A stretch of DNA of 60,262 bases, the filler included, from Basidiobolus ranarum (Eukaryota), in the NCBI GenBank assembly GCA_040143965.1. It is 14 parts of 14 records of this genome, joined end to end, with 100 filler letters (N's around TTAATTAATTAA, not from the genome) between each part and the next. Parts side by side here need not be neighbours in the genome. Positions count along the whole stretch, not along the records: positions 30,247 to 34,454 come from JASJQH010002068.1; positions 34,555 to 38,762 come from JASJQH010002069.1; positions 38,863 to 43,068 come from JASJQH010002070.1; positions 43,169 to 47,372 come from JASJQH010002071.1; 10 more parts are not named here. One strand, written 5' to 3'. The notes under the pieces were generated by a model, which did no database searches, had not been told where the DNA came from, and saw only the letters and a list, made by a program, of their open reading frames with translations. Made by a program: the position numbers and the translations under genes. Of this stretch, positions 31,414 through 43,852 are shown in pieces. The first letter of the stretch is position 1. The number at the start of each line of letters is the position of its first letter.

Positions 31414-33362
31414 TCACCAACTCAATAAGGTCATTACGTCTTTCCAAATAAGATCCTTGCTATATACAGATTCCTCTGAGAAAGACAGATATTTTTTGGG
31501 TAACGACAATGTAAATTCCAATGGTTGACTGAGGTTTTCAAAGCTTACAATCTGACGGATTGGGAAATTCAAATCCCCTTGAAACACTAGGGGTTTGGGT
31601 GTGTCAACATGATCCTCTAATTCCAATGATTTGATGGTTTGAATCAAATTACTCAAGGAATATACTTGTCCACCAGTCGAACCAACCATAGAACTTGTCG
31701 CGTTGGTAAGCCCGCCAACAAATACGGATTCCACATTGTGAATCTCAGTCAAATATCGAGCAATTACAGCACAAGTAGATACACATAGACCGTTGGTGAC
31801 TACCACCATATTTTGGCTCTCATATATTGGGATTCCTATTGAATTGACAAGATCAAATTCGTAAGAGCAATAATCCGAAAAGGTCCGCGAAAATCTTGCA
31901 CTTTCGTCATCAATCCAACTAGAGTTCTTGTACATCTCTCCATCAGAAAAGTCAGTCTTCGTTTGTGGAAGCCATACTCGCCCGCCTTCGTTTTGAAGTG
32001 AAGCCTTCGAGGCTAAAGCACGTGCTAGATTGGTAGATCGTACGTTTGTAGGGTAGAAATGGGACCCGGGGAATAAAAAGTTGATCAACTGATAGCCTGC
32101 GCAGATGTTTCCACCATAATTATCACTCAGGTCCTACAAGAGAGAGGAAGTTAATAAAGGTTTTCTTTGGGAGAAAGAGTCTACATTCTTACCAAGATGA
32201 TTTTCTGAACTCCCAACGATTGAAATTGTTGGAATCCTTCTTTCAATGCATTGAAGAAGTCCAACGCGTCATAGTATGTATTAAAATTCTCTGAAGCGAT
32301 GGCGATTGTTCCAACTCCATTCCCGGAAGTATAGAATTTCACCTGCGTACCATTCGATGTGGAGAATTTGATGGGATTCATAAGACGCCGAGTATTGTCT
32401 GAAGGAGAAATTGCTTGCAGATTGGATACCGTTAAATCCTTACTCTCATCTGTGACTGGCATGGTTGGTTGGGTTGACAATTCGCAGAATAGTTGACGAT
32501 AGGAGGCGGAGTCCGTAAATGTCGCTGGCCAGTTATTGATTGTCGCTAACCAAGGGACTTTTATAGATATAGGTTGGTTGGTATTGGGTGAAGCGACGGT
32601 GAATTCTATGTAATTCTTTGGTGGAGTGACAGTACGAAAGGCAAAATCTCCCGGGATTAGGCCATATGTATCCTTACCAAATATCACTCTTGCCAATGCC
32701 TGGTTGATGCGTACAGATGGTACTTTTCCATTGTAAATGTTTTCATTAGCAAACTTGATTATTGCCTCCATGGGCTCTAGGCCATCAATCTTTAGAACCT
32801 CACTGCCAGCGTAATAGTTCAAATCTAATCCGGAGATACTTGAAAACAAGTAGCTGCTTGTCTCATCCGTCAGCAACTGTTTGGTGATTTTGACTTTCTG
32901 CACATTATTTTCCACTACAGAGACCAAGGAAAAAGGCTGTCTAAATATGAATGTCGAGTAGCAGGTCGGCTTGTAGACGAGATGGCCGTCATAGACACTG
33001 GTAAACAATTGGATCAGATCTTCTTGAAATTCCCTCTCCGTAGTATAATTTTTGATTTCGATCTGATTCAATTCTTGAAACAGATTGATGCGAGGACCAG
33101 TGCTGACTGCCTCGTCAAACACATAGAAATCCAAAGTTTTACGCAATGTGTCAAGAGTCTGTACGCGCTGGGATGGGATAAATGGGAACGAACTCATACA
33201 CTTCACAACAAGGTCATAATGTACATAACCGACGTTTCTACCAGTTGCTACCTGCGCACAATAATCTATAGGCTGCGTATCTTGGAACGACGAAATGACA
33301 GGGACAGATTGAATGAAATTCACACTCAGTGCCAAGCATATACACAAGAAAGAGTACATCAT
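31414..33362 (-). CDS. Secreted S41-family (tail-specific/CPAF-like) peptidase; two exons (33362-32193, 32133-31414)
   Basis: Signal peptide MMYSFLCICLALSVNFIQS; YDGHLVY; PDZ-like GSEVLKIDG; KIIL/DLSDNYGGNIC; VVTNGLCVSTCA; GGQVY. Confidence 0.88.
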
Positions 33363-34960
33363 GAGCACACACCGTCGATTAGACGAGATAATGGTAACGT
33401 AAAGAAGTCGAGTGAGCTTAGAAGTGGCGTTCTCGATGCCATTTATATAGGCACGTTTTTCTGGATGGAAAATCAGTGTAGATTTCTGTGAATGCTCGGA
33501 TAAATCGATGCAGCGGATCTTTCTCAAATGAATCTCGAACCTGGTACAAGGGGCATGGGATTGAAGAATCATGTTGAAAGGATGAATTTCATTTAATTAT
33601 CTTGACAATCCGAACTAAGTCTATTTTTCAACATGGAAAAGGCTATAATCAGAAGCCCGTTGATTCCAAAAATAACCATTTCTAAGCGATTCTAGTCAAT
33701 GGGAGGTGATTCTTTTGTTTTGGGTATTGTTCCTAGATGCATTTAATTGGATGTGCTTGGTCATTGAAAGAATATTTGGGTAGCCGAGTCCTCAGGTAGC
33801 TTACCAGTATACCACACTAAAGAGGCCGATTTAAAACAATCATTTGTAAGGGATATTTTGGTTAAATTTGGCTGAACCGGGGCCAATAACGCTTCATACA
33901 TGTGTCACATTTCTCCCTCCATATCGAATGATGTAGCAGAGTTGTCATGTGCAAATCCAAATTACTGTGACGATGTATATGAATGGCGGTCAGATATTTA
34001 TAACTTTGATTAAGGAAACAATCGACCCTGGTGTTGGATAATATCGTCAAGACAGAGGCCGCTTGGGCGACAGATCTATTTCTGCCTTGGTCCCTATACC
34101 TAGCCAATATCAAGATCAGGAAGTACTTGTTTTGGCATTCAATAGCTTCTACTTTTGGACATGTCGATAGCAGTCACACTAATTTTCACTGTCTTGAGCT
34201 CCCCTCGTATCTCCAGACGCGCTGGAATTACTGGCTGGAATCTAGGGCATGTACAAATACGGGAAGACTACTAATGTTGACGAATGAAATGTACGCGCCC
34301 TTGAAGTTGATTGCTCATAGGTGTGGTTAGTCATGGCAGCTGTCGCGGGCCAACTGATTCTCAAACGGGACTGGATTTACGGAAGATCCAAACTGGCCGT
34401 TTATTTAACTGTTCAAATAGTGGTGGGTTAGATTAAGGGAATTGGGGATGGGATNNNNNNNNNNNNNNNNNNNNNNNNNNNNNNNNNNNNNNNNNNNNTT
34501 AATTAATTAANNNNNNNNNNNNNNNNNNNNNNNNNNNNNNNNNNNNNNNNNNNNGTGTACCGTATTTGATTTAATGGATTAGCGTGCCAAAATCACCAAG
34601 AATATTGATTATAAAAGATGTTTAGTTAATGAATAGGATATACATGTTATTGAACAAGCCCAAATTATCTCTAGAATAAATATCACTTTCTGATGCTAAT
34701 TTTTCACATCTCCAACAAGTATACTGAAAACAAGGGAAGAAAAACGAGGAATGGGTAGATCAAAATAAACGACTGAGGAAGGATGAGAAATAATATCGTT
34801 CCGAAAAGTACAAAAAAGGCCATAAAGTTGTTGTTACAAGAAACAAAAAACTAACGTGAATGTAAAATGGGAATATTTGGGAGGGAATGGAGAATGGTAG
34901 ATGGTGTAGTGGAAAGAATAGATCATTTTCAGCTGGAGTCAGGGAGTAGAGCCGTTTCTT

Positions 34961-37495
34961 TTACGCTTCCATGTTCTGAGCTTCTGGTTCGTTTTCCAGT
35001 TGTTTTTTAGCTTCTTCTTCCTCTAACTCCTTAAGCCTGGCTGTCTCATACTGATTTGGTCCCTGATCTCTGACACATAATTTGTATCCATCTAGTTTGT
35101 ATCTGACTAGAGTGGGTGCTCTTAATTTAAGGCTGATTTTTCCAGCAGGGTTGACAGAGAAGATCTGCGCCATTGGCAAAATGGTTAAGAATCTTGAGAT
35201 ACTACGGAACCAGAAATGAATCAATTTTTTGTATGAAGACTGTTCTCCATGATGGTCTGTGTATTTCAAGGATTCCAAAGCTCTGTACACATTTGTGGTA
35301 GTCAGCTCCATACCATCTTTAATCTTCTCGAACATTATTGTAGCAAATGCACGGACATGTTGAGCATCATACACGTTTCTGGGGAGACCAGAAGGATTTG
35401 GGTAAACCACATGTGGTTTTTTTGTTCCTTCTTTGTGATTCGACAACAGCTCCTTGGCCTCCTCAAAGGTGTTCACTCTAAGGGAAATCATACTTCCATC
35501 CAGTCTAAAGACGCTGCTCATGGGCTCGGTTTTCAAGGCCTGGCAAATACCGCCAAACTCACGCTTAAAGAGACAACCGATTTGCGTTAACTTCTTCTCA
35601 GCATCTAGGTATTTTGTAGCTGGTGGTGGGAAGAGTTGGAAAATATCTGCCGTTGTCTGGGGTCCTTGTTCTTTAATAACAGTAAACATTGTAAGAAGGC
35701 GCTCGATCACAACATTACGAGTGTACTCCTTTGTGGATGGATCGACAAATGTATCCAAAGCACCCTCCATATGGTCGGGTGAGCCCATTAGGCAGATCTT
35801 GACGTTACCAATGGGCTTCACATCCTTCGCCTTCATGGTGTCTTCATAAGATTTGAAGATAATATAGGCAGTACCACTGGATTTGTTCAAGGTAGAATTC
35901 ATCACGACCATATCTTGAACGTTATCCATGTGATCACCAAACATTTCTTTAATGATTTTGGTGATATCTCCACGTGTCTGGTACATAGGTAGATCAGACA
36001 AGAATATAGTGTTGGCCATGTAAGTGTTTCGGGAGCATTTTTTGAACTTGACAGCCATCTCTTCGGGTGCTTTACGCTTACGGCCATTGGCAGTAGGGGC
36101 ATGCAAAGCAAGAGAAGATTCAACATCAGCTATACTTTGACCCGTAAGTTCAGCCAGATATTTAGCGTCACGCACGTCTTCCTTGGGCTTGCTCAAATCG
36201 GCGGCATCATCCATCACTTCATCCACAGTTTCAGTCATTACTACTGGCTCGGACTGTACTACTTCCTCTACGGTTTCAGTCATTACCACTGGCTCAGACT
36301 CGACTATTTCTTCCACCTCTGGTTGGACTTCAGTGGGTTGAATGTTCACTACTCCTTCAATGAATGGGGTTCTTCTCTCTTTCTTAGCTGTAGATCTAGC
36401 CTGTCTCTTTGGTGTTCCCTTTCTGGGGGTTGAAACGTTAATCAAGGTCTCGGAGATGACCATATTCTTGGGTTTGATTGGAGAAGACTTGGATGCCCAT
36501 GGCAGCTCATTGAAATCAGTGTCTGGTGAGGTTTCAACTGTTTGCGACTGATTAGTACCTTCTTGGCTGATGTCCTCCTTACTGGTTTGTGTCAAGACAT
36601 CATCAGTAGTGTTCTCATGGCCAAAGCTTTGAATTGCCGCCACTGGGGTGACCATAGGACGAGTCTCAGGAGCTTTACGGGTAACCAAAGGAGTTCTTTT
36701 GCTGCGAGTACTTGGTTCTACAGAAGATAAACGAGATCTAGTAGCAGTCTGAGAAGGAGTGTCCCTGATTGACGCTCTTGTGGCTCTTACTGAAGATTGT
36801 ATCTCAGGGATATCGTTGCTAGATTTTCTAACGCTTGACTGAGGAGTAGAAAGTGGGCCAGCGGTTCTCTTGGTCATAAGGGAGGTTCTTCTTACAGTGC
36901 TAGTAGTAGTAGTTGTAGAACGAGTTGTGGAAGGTTTGGTTTCTTGGGTACCTAAGGAAGCTCTAGTAGTACGTGTAAGAGGCTTAGTTTCAGTAGTGCT
37001 AGTGACTCTTGTGGAAATAGAGGTTCTTCTTTGAAGTGGTTGAAGTGTGGTAGCAGCCACTGCTCTAGTCTCACCAGTAGCTGAAGTTGCAGTAGCAGTA
37101 GCAGTTCTTCTAGGAGCTACTGAAGTTCTTCTGAGGGGTCCCTGTGCACCAATTGATGACACTCTAGTTCTGGTAATACCTTCTTTAGCGCTATCAACAG
37201 TTGAGGTAGGAGCTCTACTTCTAGCTAAGGGTTCCCGGGGAGTTTCGGTGGCTTTACCATCGGCACCAATGGTTCTGCTGCGCAACACTCTAGCCCCAGG
37301 AGTAGCTGTAGTTTTGTTGGCGGTAACTCTGGAACCAACGGGAGTTGAATATCTTGAGGGAACATCAATAGGAGCCCCTTTTCTAGGAACGCTCGAAAGA
37401 AGGCTGGGGTCTTAAGAATAAACGAAAATATGTCAACGATACATACGAAATAAAGGGAAATTATAATTGAACTTACTTTGGTTAGATTCGGACAT
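34961..37495 (-). CDS. Putative RNA-binding protein: basic T/S/R-rich N-terminal arm, acidic linker, RRM, two winged-helix/LOTUS-like repeats; exons 37495-37477 and 37410-34961
   Basis: 775-aa ORF extended in frame by a GTAAGT..TAAG intron to MSESNQN; RNP2-like TIFLSDLP and RNP1-like SGTAYIIF; NLS-like GRKRKAPEEMAVKFKK. Confidence 0.8.
36217..36318 (-). repeat. 45-bp coding tandem repeat, about 2 copies (EEIVESEPVVMTETV / EEVVQSEPVVMTETV)
   Basis: Direct duplication visible in both DNA and protein. Confidence 0.85.
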
Positions 37496-38862
37496 AGTAA
37501 AGAGAATAATAAACAATAGATACCTGATAAATAAAAGTAAAGTGGAATACTTGTCGTAAAAAACGATGAAAAATAGAGTGAGAGTCTATTTAACGTTGTA
37601 TAGTGAACGGTTTAGTGTTCTATTGCAAAACTGATGGCAACAAGCAAAAGTAAAGGAATATTCGGAAAAGAGCGAGGTAAACTTACTCAGCGGCAATGAA
37701 TCACACTCTTAAGAAATTCATTTAAATCATTTCGATACCGCTGTAAAATGGAAGTAAATATTTAGCTCACCAAAAACATACCACTTCATTGGCTGTAAAA
37801 GGCTGGCCACGATGTATTATTGGCTAATCCTTGAAAGTTGAAGGACTGTTATTTACTAGTTACTAGTTGCTACTAGTCGTCATTGATTTTTTTTCTCAGT
37901 TGTTTTGATTTGTATATTTGAATGATTTTTTTCATCATTCCGATCACACATTCTTAGTGTATTAAGAGATCGTTTTTTTAAGGCATAGTGATTGGTGTAG
38001 TGAAGAAAGTGTTACTAACTAACTGTGACGCTAGTGATGAGCATTTCAATATATTTTAGTAGTGATTAGATGAATAGAACCTGCATAAAAATAGTTTACA
38101 TTAAAGCTTGTTCCATGGACAGACCATCAAACTCTTTGTTCTTTAAGGTTAGCATTCTTTTCCTTTAATATCAAATTCTTCAAAGGACTATAATAATCCC
38201 ATATACTGAAGAGAAGTAAAAGGCATCAAAAAAAGAGGATTAAGTTAAACGTATGTGTGCATTCGTATATATCCGGTTCTAATGGACAATTATGTCGCTG
38301 GCTTCGTTAGCTTACACAATCTAGATTCATGTAGTCATCGGTGTTCTTGTGAGAAGGTAATATGGTCATTCTACCTATTATATTAGTACATACATAAAAT
38401 ATTTGAGTATGCATTTCTTGCTTAATATGTCTAGAAAGACTTCCTCTTGAGAAGTAGAGATATTGTATGTTTAATACGTCCGCCTAATACGACGAAAATA
38501 TATTTTTGAAAAGTTCATACTTTACTGTGTTTTTATTGTTACTAATGATAGCAAGCCATTTTATGCGAATCAAACTGTCGTTGGTTATTTGCGATACAAT
38601 TATTGTTGCTTACTTGTCGTTTGGTACTTTTGTTGCAGCATGATATGCACTAGTATTCACATTATTGTAGCTGCTTACCACTTAGTAGCTAGCGTTGTTT
38701 ATTCGAAGTCGACTTCTCAACCTTGTACACCTTTTTACTTACTCATGTTGGGTTAGGACCAANNNNNNNNNNNNNNNNNNNNNNNNNNNNNNNNNNNNNN
38801 NNNNNNTTAATTAATTAANNNNNNNNNNNNNNNNNNNNNNNNNNNNNNNNNNNNNNNNNNNN

Positions 38863-39263
38863 TGGCACCAACTTGAAGTTCACCTATAATCATCATTAAA
38901 AGAGTTAGTATATTCTAGATACTTTATGCTACTCAATCCATAGAGATCTACCTAAATTGGTTTTTTTTAAAGTTTCGGGAGATACACCTACTTTGAAGGT
39001 ATCTTTATCGAATTCGGTAACAGTCAGGCAGGTACCTATAAATCACCAAGAAAACATGCCAAATTATTCCTCTATTTCCAGTTATCTATGAGTATTCTGT
39101 CAAACGTACCATTGATAGCAATACTGTCTCCAAGATGACAATCGTCGAGAATCTCCGAGGCATCCTTGATTGTGATTGTCCATCCTTTTCCTCCGGACTC
39201 GGAGGTGTCAAGAGTGTTTACGTTGGCTACAGTGCCGATGATTTCCACAATTCCAGTGAACAT
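38863..39263 (-). CDS. RIB5: Riboflavin synthase (alpha chain), multi-exon, 3' truncated
   Basis: MFTGIVE N-terminus; LGDSIAING / TCLTVTEF..GVSPETLKKTNLG. Confidence 0.95.
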
Positions 39264-39917
39264 AATAGAGAGTTGATGTTTTCAAGCAACAGAATGAGAA
39301 ACCGACATTGTTAAAATCACGATTAGGGTTAGGTAAATGCTGATTTGTCAGCATTGTTGTTGTGCAAGATAAAATGGACTTGGGTCCAACGTAAATCAAA
39401 TCCAAGTCGCACTATTTCACCAAATTCGTTAGTAAATTGACTAATCATAAATTACAAGTTACTCAAAATAAATACAATTACTCAAGACCATTAGTTCTTA
39501 CGTTAGGTCATAGTTAAGTCTGTTTTTGCTAAATTGGTTAGAGATGTTTCTGATTTGGGGTGCTCAATGACTTCAAAAAGGGGTTAGGGACGGCATATAT
39601 ACAATGTATAGAAACAAAAGTCCTAAACAAATTGAGTTTATGAAGAGGTATATTCAATCGATCCTCAGCTTACCTCTCATTCAATCGATCCTCGAGTATC
39701 AGCTACCTTTTTTTCCATACCTTTTTCCATTAATAACCTGTCGATCTTCGTTGGAATTCTGCCTTTCTTCTTCTTTTTCCATTTCTGATTTACACCGTAT
39801 TGTACTCCCCTTCCCTTCCGCTGTAAATAGTCGAGACCTTCTTTTTCCACTACTTTTTATTCTGTTACTATAAACCCTACTTATTCAAGTGAGCGCGTTA
39901 TCCTTGTTACAAACAAC

Positions 39918-40221
39918 ATGCCTACCTCTGGATTGAACGCTATGTCCGAGCAAAAGCTCAAGAAAATGCTCGAGCAAAATAACCGTTTACGTGAGCAGTT
40001 GGACTTACCTCGTGTCCCAGTCTCTCAAGCTAGTCAAATGTAAGTTATACATATCCAAAACCCTTGAGAACACCACACTTCCGTTTCTAAACCTTCATAT
40101 TAGGCTTATTAAATACGTATCCACCACACGAGACTATCTAGTACCTTCAGTATGGGGAACACCGGGAGCAAATGATCCGTTTGTTAACAAAAGTAGCGGT
40201 TGTGAGTGCGCGATTCTATAA
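39918..40221 (+). CDS. Heterotrimeric G-protein gamma subunit; exons 39918-40039 and 40104-40221 (only exon 2 appears in the ORF track)
   Basis: MPTSGLNAMSEQKLKKMLEQNNRLREQLDLPRVPVSQASQMLIKYVSTTRDYLVPSVWG..DPF..GCECAIL* with a CAAX box. Confidence 0.95.
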
Positions 40222-40638
40222 ACCATTTCAATTTTTCTCACTTTTAAAAAGTAAGCGTCTCATTTGAATTGTCCTTTACGGATATATGGAATATTAACCT
40301 ATTTTGCCCATTTATTAGTGACTTGGTTTTCTATCCTGATACTTCCTTTTATAGTGAGTTGACTTTTGATGTCCTTTTTTCTCCCTAATTTCAATGGTTT
40401 TCATTTGTTCGTCATATTTGTTGTACAGAAGACATATCCCCCTCTACAATGTGATGAACCTTTCCACACACTCATCAATAATTATCTGGAATTCATAGTC
40501 CAATAACAATCCCATCCAACCCAACCGAGGGGTGATTTATATAGAAATCGAAAGTTATATTTACGCAAAAATCTTCATATACATTGAGGGAAGGTAGTTT
40601 GTTCCAGTGGAGGGAAGTGAGGTTCATGAAGAGAATAT

Positions 40639-41863
40639 TCAATTTGAAGACTCCATTTGTAACGACTCCAATTCCTTATTTCTACTTTTAATTGTTCGCA
40701 AGCAATGTGTAGAACATACTATATGCATGAATGGAATTAACATTCCAAACAATTTCGATTTCTCGAGAATTTTTACTCCGGACTCGAGAACTTCCCGATG
40801 ACATATTGTACAATGATGGGATGTATTTGCTCGAAGAAATTGGTCAAGTCTAATAGGAAGTTGAGGGAGAGATTTGGTTGTGAAATTTTTGAGAATTAGC
40901 AGTCCAGTAATTTCTCTTAGAGAAGGTAAAGGGACCAAATTATTCTCTACCCCATCCAAATGAAAGGTCAAGAAATCCTCGGATATTTGTAGAACAAGGT
41001 CAGGTATTTCTAAGATATCTGCGGGTAAATATCTTATGAAATTCTTGGTCAAAAAAAGGGAGTGAAGTTTTTTCATCTTTCCAAGGGAAGATGGTATGTG
41101 AATGATTTCGTTATTAAAGGCGAAGATGGTTTCTAAACCAGCACAATCAGATATACTTGAGGGTAAAGTTTTCAATCGATTATGGGCTACATTCAATGCA
41201 TTTAATTTCGTCAATCCTGAAAGTTCTGGTAACGAAGTTATTTGATTGTCACGTAAACCCAATGCCACTAGTTCTTTTAGTTCCCCAATTTCCTGGGGTA
41301 ATTCTTGAAGTAAGTTACCTCCTAGTCCTAAAACTTTTAAGGTACTTGACCAAGCTTTTAAAACTTCCGAAGGGATACTTGTTAACCGATTATAACTCAA
41401 ATCGCAAACCTCCAAATATTTCCAAACCGAACATTTCAAAGGGATCTCTTCCAAGAGATTCCCCCGAAGTCTTACCTCTTTCAGATAAACCAAATCAAAT
41501 ACTACTTCTGAAAGTTGACTTAAACCAGTGTTCTGTAGATCTAATAAAACGATATTTTGATAGGAAGGGGAAAGTTTGATCACTTTGGTTGGTTCTAATA
41601 AAGTGAAAACGTCAATAAATAGTACACACAAAAGGAAGGGTAGGGTTATTATTTTTCTTTGATCACTTCTCCTTCGGTTCTAAACTGAAAAATAGACGCT
41701 CAAACTTACCTCTTCTAGTGAGTGAACTAAGGATTCGTAAGAATTTCCTCCATCTTGCTGCATTTCCATCTACCCATAGGCCAGACTGTTGTCTATTTAA
41801 CAGGATCTTCAATCCAGTAATAGTAGTGAAACACTTGGGTTCTTGAAAAAAGGCTCTTGACAT
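40639..41863 (-). CDS. Leucine-rich repeat protein with an LRRC58-like C-terminal BC-box/Cys module; exons 41863-41710 and 41594-40639
   Basis: About 8 LxxLxLxxNxLxxLP repeats; PSLREIT..LPIRLDQFL..CTIC..VCSTHC; GTAAGT..TTAG intron keeps the frame. Confidence 0.85.
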
Positions 41864-42271
41864 GGTTTTAGAAACATGAAGAAAGTGTTAGAAGAGCGTA
41901 AAATGAAGTTTTCCATGATTCATGAGACTGATCGTGCGTATCCGAAATAGAATATCATGGATCTAATCAAACACCAGGGTTGAACCCACGTGAAACCGAA
42001 ACACTAGAGCGTTTCAAAAGCAATCGGATTTCACAATGTTTGGAGGAGTTGGGTAACAGTCTACTTCCAAACGTTTTAAAAGATGTTCTTCAAATATTTG
42101 AAATAACAAATTGCTTGACGAGAGTGAATGAAATCCCTAATTCTCCCTAATTCTACAACGAGATCAATTCATTCGAGATCGGGTTTCAGATTTCTCCTGT
42201 CCATTTATATTTATAAACTCTTCCCTCCTGGATTTTATTAGAAGACAACAGTTCTCATTTACCTGTCAGTC

Positions 42272-43068
42272 ATGAAACTTCATCCTCTAAGTTCACAGGG
42301 AAGGAGTTGTGGACTGCGGATACTCCACACAATTGCCACCCTGGTCATTGTGGGAAGTTTTACTGATCTAGGTAAATTTGTTACTGCTCAGTACACTTCT
42401 AGTTATGGATCTGTTGACCAATCCGATCGTAATGGGCAATCTGATCGTTATGACCAAGCCTCTCAGAGTTCCACGGATTCTGGTTACACATCTTCCAGAA
42501 ACTCTTACGGTTCTAAGGTTAAGAAGATTTATCGACCTGGCAAGCAAACTGTGAAGAAAATTTATAGACCTGGTAAGATCACCAAAAAGAAAGTCTATGG
42601 GGGTGAGACCATCAAGAAGATATATAGGCCTGGTAAGATTACCAAGAAGAAGGTTTATGGCGGTGAAACCATCAAGAAAATCTATAGACCTGGTAAGATT
42701 ACCAAGAAGAAGGTCTATGGGGGTGAGACCATCAAGAAGATATATAGGCCTGGTAAGATCACCAAGAAGAAGGTTTATGGCGGTGAGACCATCAAGAAGA
42801 TCTACAGACCTGGTAAGATCACCAAGAAGAAGGTTTATGGCGGTGGAACCATCAAAAAGATCTATAGACCTGGCAAGATTACCAAGAAGAAAGTCTATGG
42901 CGGTGGAACCATCAAGAAGATCTACAGACCTGATAAGATTACCAAGAAGAAGGTTTATGGCGGTGAAACCATCAAGAAGATATATAGGCCTGGTAAGATC
43001 ACCAAGAAGAAGGTTTATGGCGGTGGGACCATCAAAAAGATCTATAGACCTGGTAAGATCACCAAGAA
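42272..43068 (+). CDS. Probably secreted, highly basic Lys/Tyr/Gly tandem-repeat protein; 3' truncated
   Basis: Hydrophobic N-terminal segment ending VTA-Q; S/Y/D-rich spacer; then repeats of G(E/G)TIKKIYRPGKITKKKVYG; TATTTATAAA about 60 bp upstream. Confidence 0.85.
42517..43068 (+). repeat. 60-bp coding tandem array, at least 8 units, running into the contig end
   Basis: Successive 60-base lines 42601-43068 are in register; differences are mostly at third codon positions. Confidence 0.97.
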
Positions 43069-43852
43069 NNNNNNNNNNNNNNNNNNNNNNNNNNNNNNNN
43101 NNNNNNNNNNNNTTAATTAATTAANNNNNNNNNNNNNNNNNNNNNNNNNNNNNNNNNNNNNNNNNNNNCCGCCACTAAACCATCTAATGAGCTTGTTTTA
43201 TCCTGATACTGAAGTGCATCGGCAGCCATTGAATCGCACCTACTCATCTCCAAGTCGTCAATAAATCTCAGACTCATCTAAAAATGAGCCAGGTATGGAT
43301 CTAGGGGCAATGTTCAGGAGTAGGATGCAAGTCGATCGTCATGAGAGATGAGTGCAAAGAATGATCCATCATATGTGGATTTGACATGGTGTTGGGCTTT
43401 GTCGATTGAAGTGAGCACTCAATTCAATCGGTTTAATTACAACGAATCTGACCTGGTGTGCAGTCTCCCATATTTCGTGTACGGGTTGAGATGTACATGT
43501 CTGATATCCTTGTTTTATGAATCATGCAATATTCTTGATTCACCCTTTCATTCATCCACTCATCTTCAGCCATGATTATTGCCGTATAGCTTGGTGTTTG
43601 GTATACTAATCGTAATTCCTAGCCAGATAAATGACGAAGTTTTGGGGCTTTCGTTCGTTACTCTCTTGCGTATTTAAATAATAAATAGGGGGCTTGAGAA
43701 TACATATCAAGTGGGTTGCAGTTGCTTCATTATCTAGAAACCCCTTTAGAACGAGTAGAGACAGTATTCTCAACTCTATTACCTATTGGACCCGTGGAAT
43801 CGCACTCACAATAATATTAGAGCTATCCTTAGTTGCCAAATATTTACTAGGC

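Noticed and set aside
39264-39420. Possible FMN riboswitch upstream of riboflavin synthase
   Set aside because: No RFN consensus motifs seen; the gene has spliceosomal introns and is eukaryotic.
42597-43068. Protamine-like Arg-rich alternative frame over the 60-bp array
   Set aside because: Unit-to-unit changes are synonymous in the Lys/Tyr frame and non-synonymous here, so this is a shadow ORF. The array also has no spacers, so it is not CRISPR.
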